A DNA stretch of 64,000 nucleotides, from positions 186,001-250,000 of IMG/VR virus record IMGVR_UViG_3300042540_001399; one strand, 5' to 3'. Every line of letters starts with the position of its first letter. Within the stretch, counting starts at the first letter, position 1. Both the position numbers and the translations under genes were made by a program. Under the pieces are notes generated by a model. The model made no database searches. It was given only the letters and a program-made list of their open reading frames with translations, and had not been told where the DNA came from. Shown here piece by piece: positions 38,615-43,791 of the stretch.

Positions 38615-38688
38615 GCCCCTATGGCGGAATTGGTATACGCGTGTGACTTAGGATCACAATCTTGCAGGTTCGAGTCCTGCTGGGGGTA
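38615..38688 (+). tRNA. tRNA-Leu(TAG), short variable loop
   Basis: GCCCCTA/TGGGGGT; TGTGA-CTTAGGA-TCACA; variable region ATCTT. Confidence 0.9.
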
Positions 38689-38727
38689 CAAATATTTTTA
38701 TTAGTATATTTATACTAAAAGATTATT

Positions 38728-39318
38728 ATGAAAAAGATTATAAGACTTACTGAATCAGATCTCGCTCGTATAGTTGGACGAGTTATTAAAGAAGAATATG
38801 ATGAAGATGATGAAGTGGAGGTTACACCTGAAATGATTATCAAAATGCTTATGGATAGTGCCGAATCAACCCCACAAGAAAATTATGATGACCTATATGA
38901 TTGGATGCAAGATGTATTTTCACCGGTTGAAAGTGAACTTGAGGATATGGGGTATGATATTGACGACCTTCGTATGACATATGATGATGTTATAATGAGT
39001 TTATGGGATGATAATGATGAAGATGATGAGGAATCATTATATGAATCAGATCTCGCTCGTATCGTTAAACAAGTTATTAGTGAATCTAAAAAGAATCTTA
39101 GTAAATCTGAAATATTGAAGATGTCAAAAGATGAGCTAAAAGATGTTTATGGTGAATTGGAAGTAAAAGGTGAGTATCACGGAAACAAAGGAACATTCCA
39201 CCACTTCAAAAGAACTGCAATCGGAGATATTGTCTGTAGTTTTAGAACTGATGACTCAACACCATCAGGATTGAAAAGAAATACTCAAGGAATTAAAGTC
39301 AAAAATTTAGATTTTTAA
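38728..39318 (+). CDS. protein with two LxESDL motifs
   Basis: MKKIIRLTESDLARIV and internal LYESDLARIV; ATATTTAT 38706-38713. Confidence 0.8.
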   Translation: MKKIIRLTESDLARIVGRVIKEEYDEDDEVEVTPEMIIKMLMDSAESTPQENYDDLYDWMQDVFSPVESELEDMGYDIDDLRMTYDDVIMSLWDDNDEDDEESLYESDLARIVKQVISESKKNLSKSEILKMSKDELKDVYGELEVKGEYHGNKGTFHHFKRTAIGDIVCSFRTDDSTPSGLKRNTQGIKVKNLDF

Positions 39319-39324
39319 TAAAAC

Positions 39325-39356
39325 TTGACACTTTTGAAATTATTAGTATATTTATA
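39325..39356 (+). promoter_or_regulatory. promoter upstream of leader 2
   Basis: TTGACA 39325-39330 and TATATTTATA 39347-39356. Confidence 0.6.
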
Positions 39357-39377
39357 AAACAAATTAAAAAACCGCAA

Positions 39378-39446
39378 ATGAAAAATTTACACATATTATT
39401 GATAGGGGGCGATTTAGCTGAAGCAACTTTCAAGAAGAGGGTGTAA
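39378..39446 (+). CDS. attenuator leader peptide 2 (22 aa)
   Basis: MKNLHILLIGGDLAEATFKKRV; codons match tRNA array 2. Confidence 0.85.
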   Translation: MKNLHILLIGGDLAEATFKKRV

Positions 39447-39469
39447 TATTTTATACATTTAATATTTAG

Positions 39470-39504
39470 AACCCCTCTTCCAAAAAAGAGGGGTTTTTTG
39501 TTTT
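39470..39504 (+). terminator. attenuator terminator 2
   Basis: AACCCCTCTT/AAGAGGGGTT plus T tract; boxA-like motif and tRNA-Leu follow. Confidence 0.9.
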
Positions 39505-39530
39505 AGGTTCTTTGAAATAATGGTAATAAT

Positions 39531-39615
39531 GGTTCGGTGGTGGAATTGGCAATACACGACAGGTTTAAGCCCTGTTTCCCATTGAGGATTGTGGGTTCGA
39601 GTCCCACCCGGACTA
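39531..39615 (+). tRNA. tRNA-Leu(TAA)
   Basis: GGTTCGG/CCGGACT; ACAGG-TTTAAGC-CCTGT; variable arm. Confidence 0.93.
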
Positions 39616-39620
39616 CAACA

Positions 39621-39716
39621 AAAACACATAAACTTTGGTTCCCACACAGCGGTGAGACGGGGTAAGTTATATACAATTTCTCGGGGCTGGAAGTAGAAAG
39701 CCAAAGAATGTGTTTT
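39621..39716 (+). ncRNA. candidate rod-like structured RNA C (6S-like?)
   Basis: AAAACACAT/ATGTGTTTT, CTTTGGTT/AGCCAAAG, CAGC/GCTG, GAGA/TCTC nested stems. Confidence 0.55.
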
Positions 39717-39777
39717 TTTAAAAAAAACTTTACAAAGTATTTGGTAGAACAAAATAAAAAATTTAATTTTGTAATAA

Positions 39778-39894
39778 ATGAAGACAATTGAAGTTACATA
39801 TCAAGAAATCAAAATGGCAACAAGGCCAAATGTGTATAAAAATAAAAAAAAATACACAAGAAAAGAAAAACATAAAAAAGATTTGGTAGATTAA
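39778..39894 (+). CDS. small basic protein, ArfA-like motif (38 aa)
   Basis: MKTIEVTYQEIKMATRPNVYKNKKKYTRKEKHKKDLVD; TAATTTTG at 39764-39771. Confidence 0.6.
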   Translation: MKTIEVTYQEIKMATRPNVYKNKKKYTRKEKHKKDLVD

Positions 39895-39905
39895 AAAAAA
39901 TCTTA

Positions 39906-39989
39906 TATCTTTGTTAAACAAATGACGGGGGTAGGAAAATTAGTGTTGTGGATTCCTACTCCCGTGTAAAAGGGAAGAAAGTTCTTTGA
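39906..39989 (+). promoter_or_regulatory. -7 promoter, 13-bp hairpin and boxA-like motif (rrn-leader-like)
   Basis: TATCTTTG 39906-39913; ACGGGGGTAGGAA/TTCCTACTCCCGT 39925-39965; GTTCTTTGA 39981-39989. Confidence 0.6.
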
Positions 39990-40000
39990 TTTAAAATATT

Positions 40001-40081
40001 GTGGTTGTAAGCAATGGGAAACTCGTTAAGTACATCAACCAGTTGGCTCAAGATGGTGAAACGAGAGTGTGAGTCAACTAC
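40001..40081 (+). ncRNA. candidate structured RNA D
   Basis: GTGGTTG/CAACTAC, CTCGTT/AACGAG, CATC/GATG nested stems. Confidence 0.45.
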
Positions 40082-40103
40082 TAAATCACAAAAAAAATGA
40101 AAT

Positions 40104-40228
40104 AGGCAAGTGGCGGAATTTATGGCAGACGCTTAGGTTGATTCCCCGTAAGAAGTCACCGAGATATAGCTGGGGATGTCTCTTGAAAAGGGAACTATAT
40201 CGTACAGGTTCGAATCCTGTTTTGCCTA
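40104..40228 (+). ncRNA. tRNA-like RNA with expanded anticodon/variable region and pseudoknot
   Basis: AGGCAAG/TTTGCCT acceptor, Leu-type D arm, ACAGG-TTCGAAT-CCTGT T arm, ~70-nt insert. Confidence 0.75.
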
Positions 40229-40233
40229 CACAT

Positions 40234-40306
40234 CGCGGGATGTGGAAGATGGTTATCCGCTCGGTCTCATAAGCCGAGATCGCCGGTTCGAGTCCGGCTC
40301 CCGCAA
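40234..40306 (+). tRNA. initiator tRNA-fMet(CAT)
   Basis: C1:A72 mismatch, CGCGGGA/TCCCGCA; loop CTCATAA. Confidence 0.9.
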
Positions 40307-40311
40307 CTTAA

Positions 40312-40371
40312 AGGGTGGATAGGTGGAAGGGCCTTTCCTGAAAGACGGTTTACTAGGCCCGTGTCCACCCT
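40312..40371 (+). ncRNA. candidate small structured RNA E
   Basis: AGGGTGGATA/TGTCCACCCT and GGGCCT/AGGCCC stems. Confidence 0.45.
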
Positions 40372-40382
40372 ACTGAATTTAT

Positions 40383-40463
40383 GCTGACGTACCAGTGGAT
40401 GCTTATATCATCTATACCTGTAGCGGTAAGTTGAAAACGTTGGTTCGAATCCAACCGTCAGTA
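40383..40463 (+). tRNA. D-armless tRNA-like RNA with TAT anticodon-like loop
   Basis: GCTGACG/CGTCAGT; GGATG-CTTATAT-CATCT; GTTGG-TTCGAAT-CCAAC; 7-nt D replacement. Confidence 0.6.
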
Positions 40464-40466
40464 CGG

Positions 40467-40610
40467 GAGTGTATGCAGTAGAGATCTGCTTATGATGGTA
40501 GGGACAAACACTTTAAAAAAGGGTCCCAAAGAGATAAGCCGTTTAGTAGTTTTGGTCGATAAAAACTAACGGATTTTATAGTAATGGTTCACCGATCGAA
40601 ACCAATACTC
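40467..40610 (+). ncRNA. candidate multibranched RNA F
   Basis: GAGTGT/ATACTC closing stem with four internal hairpins. Confidence 0.5.
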
Positions 40611-40681
40611 ATGATGTCAGAAAGGTTGATCACCTAATTCATGTAAACACCGTGACAACACCCCAAAGTTGTCACACTTTT

Positions 40682-40757
40682 GCGGGAGTAGCTCAATTGG
40701 TAGAGTTCCAGCCTTCCAAGCTGGCTGTTGAGGGTTCGAATCCCTTCTCCCGCTCCA
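40682..40757 (+). tRNA. tRNA-Gly(TCC)
   Basis: GCGGGAG/CTCCCGC-T-CCA; loop CTTCCAA. Confidence 0.95.
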
Positions 40758-40761
40758 AGTT

Positions 40762-40834
40762 GGGCCTGATGCCGACGGCAGGTCGAGTGGTTTGCAACCA
40801 CATCGTTTGGGTTCGATTCCCACAGTGTCCACCA
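40762..40834 (+). tRNA. atypical tRNA-Ala(TGC)
   Basis: G3:U70, A73, encoded CCA; GTGG-TTTGCAA-CCAC; bulged acceptor stem. Confidence 0.75.
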
Positions 40835-41007
40835 AATAAACAAAAAAACAAAGTAGTGATGAAGGAAGTTTTGTCAGGAACTTTAAAATCAAGAAAAGTT
40901 AATTTTGTTCAGATTGAAAATAACAGTGATTTTTTAAGTTCTTTAAGAAAAAAAATAAAAAAAAGAATAAGTAATTTAAAAAAAACAATTAAATTTGTAA
41001 AAAAAAG

Positions 41008-41087
41008 AAGATGAGTTTCCCTACATCCCGGATTAGTGAGAAACTTAAAGAGGGACAAAAGTGGTACACAAGTCCACGACTCATCTT
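41008..41087 (+). ncRNA. candidate structured RNA G
   Basis: AAGATGAGT/ACTCATCTT closing stem, two hairpins; TAAATTTG at 40990-40997. Confidence 0.45.
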
Positions 41088-41092
41088 AATTT

Positions 41093-41164
41093 GGTCGGTT
41101 CATCTAGGGGTCAGGATACAAGGTTTTCATCCTTGTCACACGGGTTCGAATCCCGTACCGACTA
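41093..41164 (+). tRNA. tRNA-Glu(TTC)
   Basis: GGTCGGT/ACCGACT; CAAGG-TTTTCAT-CCTTG. Confidence 0.93.
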
Positions 41165-41189
41165 CAAACCTGTCAAGGTAGTACAGGAA

Positions 41190-41305
41190 GGTCAGGAGTG
41201 TAATGAGGCACGGTGCCAAGTCCTAAAGACACCACGGTCCAAGAGCAATTTGGACGCGAGAAGTTATAAGGTTGCTCATTGTAGGTTCGAATCCTACCCT
41301 GACTT
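41190..41305 (+). ncRNA. tRNA-like RNA: acceptor plus T arm with novel 84-nt body
   Basis: GGTCAGG/CCTGACT; GTAGG-TTCGAAT-CCTAC; AATGAG/CTCATT and GTCCAA/TTGGAC stems. Confidence 0.7.
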
Positions 41306-41307
41306 CA

Positions 41308-41455
41308 CGGTTCGGATCATCACCGAATAGTATGCCCAATACGATGAGAAATGAGGTGATACCTCATATGGGACTTCTGATAGATAAAGGATCTATTCGG
41401 TTTGACTAACCGCGGGAAATATCAAAGAGGGTTGAAGAACTACGTACCCTCGAGT
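41308..41455 (+). ncRNA. candidate multi-hairpin RNA H
   Basis: CCGAATAG/CTATTCGG, ATGAGG/CCTCAT, CGGTT/AACCG, GAGGG/CCCTC. Confidence 0.4.
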
Positions 41456-41461
41456 CCAATT

Positions 41462-41536
41462 GGTCCATTGGTGTAGTGGCTAACATTCATCCCTGTCACG
41501 GATGAGCCGCGAGTTCGATTCTCGCATGGACCGCCA
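41462..41536 (+). tRNA. tRNA-Asp(GTC)
   Basis: GGTCCAT/ATGGACC-G-CCA; CATCC-CTGTCAC-GGATG. Confidence 0.95.
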
Positions 41537-41558
41537 AACTTATTAAAAATTAACCATT

Positions 41559-41828
41559 ATGAAAACTTTTCAAGACTTGGAATTTATAAAAATAAATGAT
41601 GCACCGTTTATGGTTGGTAAAAAATCCCGTATGCATTTTGATAATGGGTTCGGTGTATCTGTTGTATCACACTCTTATTCATATGGGGGTCGTGATGGTC
41701 TTTATGAAGTCGCGGTCCTTGACTCTGACGACAATCTTACCTACGATACTCCAATAACCAATGATGTAATGGGTTACTTAACTGAACAAGATGTTACTAA
41801 TGTCATGAAACAAGTTCAAGAGCTATAA
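41559..41828 (+). CDS. hypothetical phage protein
   Basis: 89 aa; FDNGFGVSVV...GGRDGLYEVAVL. Confidence 0.75.
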   Translation: MKTFQDLEFIKINDAPFMVGKKSRMHFDNGFGVSVVSHSYSYGGRDGLYEVAVLDSDDNLTYDTPITNDVMGYLTEQDVTNVMKQVQEL

Positions 41829-41913
41829 AAGATGACAGTTTTTTTATTCATAACATTTTTAACGACACTTTTTTTGTTGAGAAAAAAAAGAAAGTTTTAA
41901 GTAGATAAAAAAA

Positions 41914-41987
41914 GGTCTCTTAGCTCATTAGGTTAGAGCAACTGACTCATAATCAGTAGGTGGTTGGTTCGATCCCAACAGGGACCA
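41914..41987 (+). tRNA. tRNA(CAT), Ile2 (lysidine)-type
   Basis: GGTCTCT/AGGGACC; GACTCATAATC anticodon arm as in bacterial tRNA-Ile2 (recalled, not searched). Confidence 0.8.
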
Positions 41988-42032
41988 CAAAAGTATTGAA
42001 TATTTTAAAACAGAAATTATTATTTATAATAT

Positions 42033-42106
42033 GCACCCGTAGCTCAGCTGGATAGAGCAACTGCCTTCTAAGCAGTAGGTCAATGGTTCGAATCCATTCG
42101 GGTGTA
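42033..42106 (+). tRNA. tRNA-Arg(TCT), second copy
   Basis: GCACCCG/CGGGTGT; ACTGC-CTTCTAA-GCAGT. Confidence 0.95.
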
Positions 42107-42178
42107 CTTTTTTTTTATTTTTTTTTTGGAAATCAAAAAGTTTCCTGTATCTTTGTTGAAATAAATAACGATAAAGAT

Positions 42179-42928
42179 ATGACAACAGACATCACAGCAC
42201 AGGTAAAAAATTACAACGGTAAAAATTCATTCATTTTGAAAATGAAAGACGCAATTAGTAAATATGGATCACTTACTGTGAACCAAAAATCTGCAGTAGA
42301 AAAAATTTTTAAGAATGTTGATGAAGTAAAGTCAGTTGAAATGACTGAAGATCTTAAGAAAATTGCATCCTATGACGGGCCAAATTCTTTTGTTTTGGAT
42401 ATTAAAAATAAACTTACTCAATATGGTAAACTTTCTGAAAAACAAATTTCGGCTGGTTTGAAGCAAATCGACAAAGAACAAAACAAAACTGTTGTTCGTA
42501 AAGTTAATGTACCAGCAATTGGTGATACTATCAAAGTTGGTAGAAAAATTGGTCAACAACTTAAAGAAAAATACGGTCTTAATTTTAACCCAATTTTGTT
42601 GGACATCACAAAAGTTTTATCGTTTTCTGCTAAAGCTGTAAAATTTTCAGGTAAAATGACCGTAAAACGTGGTGACGTTTGTGTGTGTTGTGCAAAAACT
42701 CTTACCGATGAGTTTTCAATGTTAACTAAAATGGGTAAGACATGTGCGAAACACATGGGTGTTGAGTACATCACAGACGCAAGTGAGGCGGATAAATTCC
42801 GTGAAGAGTACCTACGTCGTGTTGAAGAAATTGGTGAAATGGAATTTTGGGTTCCAAATTCCCAAATTAAATCTTGGGAAGGAGACACTAATGTTCTTCA
42901 AAAAATGTCACACCTTTGGTTCAAATAA
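42179..42928 (+). CDS. protein with two N-terminal repeats and a Zn-finger (DUF6011-like)
   Basis: YNGKNSF...YGSLT..Q repeated; CVCCAKTLTD..S...MGKTCA. Confidence 0.7.
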   Translation: MTTDITAQVKNYNGKNSFILKMKDAISKYGSLTVNQKSAVEKIFKNVDEVKSVEMTEDLKKIASYDGPNSFVLDIKNKLTQYGKLSEKQISAGLKQIDKEQNKTVVRKVNVPAIGDTIKVGRKIGQQLKEKYGLNFNPILLDITKVLSFSAKAVKFSGKMTVKRGDVCVCCAKTLTDEFSMLTKMGKTCAKHMGVEYITDASEADKFREEYLRRVEEIGEMEFWVPNSQIKSWEGDTNVLQKMSHLWFK

Positions 42929-43023
42929 AAAAAAAGTGGGGTTTGTTCATCAATAGAACGGCCCCACTCATTTTGTATTTTTTTGTTAAAATTTTTTATT
43001 ATTTATATTATAAACATCATCAC

Positions 43024-43113
43024 ATGGACAACTCAATCATAGCGGCAATATTAACACCAATAGTTCTATTTGGTATTTTTCTTTATTTCTACTTTACAGA
43101 TAAAGAATACTAA
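43024..43113 (+). CDS. small membrane peptide (29 aa)
   Basis: MDNSIIAAILTPIVLFGIFLYFYFTDKEY after TATTTAT. Confidence 0.5.
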   Translation: MDNSIIAAILTPIVLFGIFLYFYFTDKEY

Positions 43114-43117
43114 AGTT

Positions 43118-43726
43118 TTATTTTATATCGGTAGACTCTAAAAGTGTGTAAGAAAATTTGTTACCATGGATTTTTGCCGCTTTTTTACATATTGACATAA
43201 ATTCATCAAAATCTTTAACTCTTTTAAATACCTGACATCCTTCGGACCAATTTTCAACCCAAGTCGAGTCCTGACCGGCTTTGTGTATGTTAATACCAAA
43301 CATTCCTGTGTCTGTTTTAGTTTCTTCAAAAATTAAATCTTTATTAGAATCTCTCCAAACTGTTACATTACCTAATCTTTGGCAAAGAGCGTCGTATTTC
43401 CCTTGATGTTTATCAATTTTCCAAACACCTCGATACTGGCCGGGTACTAATCTTGCAACGCCATTTTTGTTGTGAAATTCCATGACCCCTTTTTTACCAG
43501 GATCACATGTTGCCATCCAACAATGAAATTTCCAACTGCCTGTTTCGTCTTTATAAGTTATCGTTAGACAATCATCAAAAACATTTGTGACTTTGTCAGC
43601 AACACTTGGTTCATTATTTCTAACACCAACAATATTTACATCATAACCTTTGTTAGATGCGTCGTCAAACCATTTAAAATTTTTTGATTTGACAGTAGTT
43701 TCTATTTGTTCTTTTGTATAACACAT
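43118..43726 (-). CDS. YkuD/L,D-transpeptidase-like cell-wall enzyme
   Basis: GINIH...NWSEGCQVF His/Cys motif. Confidence 0.65.
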   Translation of the reverse strand: MCYTKEQIETTVKSKNFKWFDDASNKGYDVNIVGVRNNEPSVADKVTNVFDDCLTITYKDETGSWKFHCWMATCDPGKKGVMEFHNKNGVARLVPGQYRGVWKIDKHQGKYDALCQRLGNVTVWRDSNKDLIFEETKTDTGMFGINIHKAGQDSTWVENWSEGCQVFKRVKDFDEFMSICKKAAKIHGNKFSYTLLESTDIK

Positions 43727-43791
43727 AATATATTTTTTTTTATAAATATAAAGTTTTTCAAAAAGTAAATAGTTTGATAATATTTATTAAT

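Noticed and set aside
40104-40228. Intron-containing tRNA-Leu or tRNA-Sec
   Set aside because: The insert is too short for a group I intron, no bulge-helix-bulge removal giving a 7-nt loop was found by eye, and there is no UCA anticodon or 8-bp acceptor.
40859-41014. 51-aa Lys-rich ORF MKEVLSGTLKSRK...
   Set aside because: It overlaps A-rich promoter spacer, a -7 element and RNA G, and is probably an artefact of A runs; not excluded.
35915-42106. Suppressor tRNA or stop-codon recoding as in some jumbo phages
   Set aside because: No CTA, TTA or TCA anticodon found; long ORFs are intact in code 11, and TAG also serves as a normal stop (35679, 55265).
35907-42130. ORF-track entries overlapping tRNA genes (35907, 36384, 36773, 36790, 37021, 37056, 39459, 39503, 40069, 40617, 40634, 40652, 41061 and the 5' part of 42083)
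   Set aside because: They are chance open frames across tRNAs and structured RNAs.
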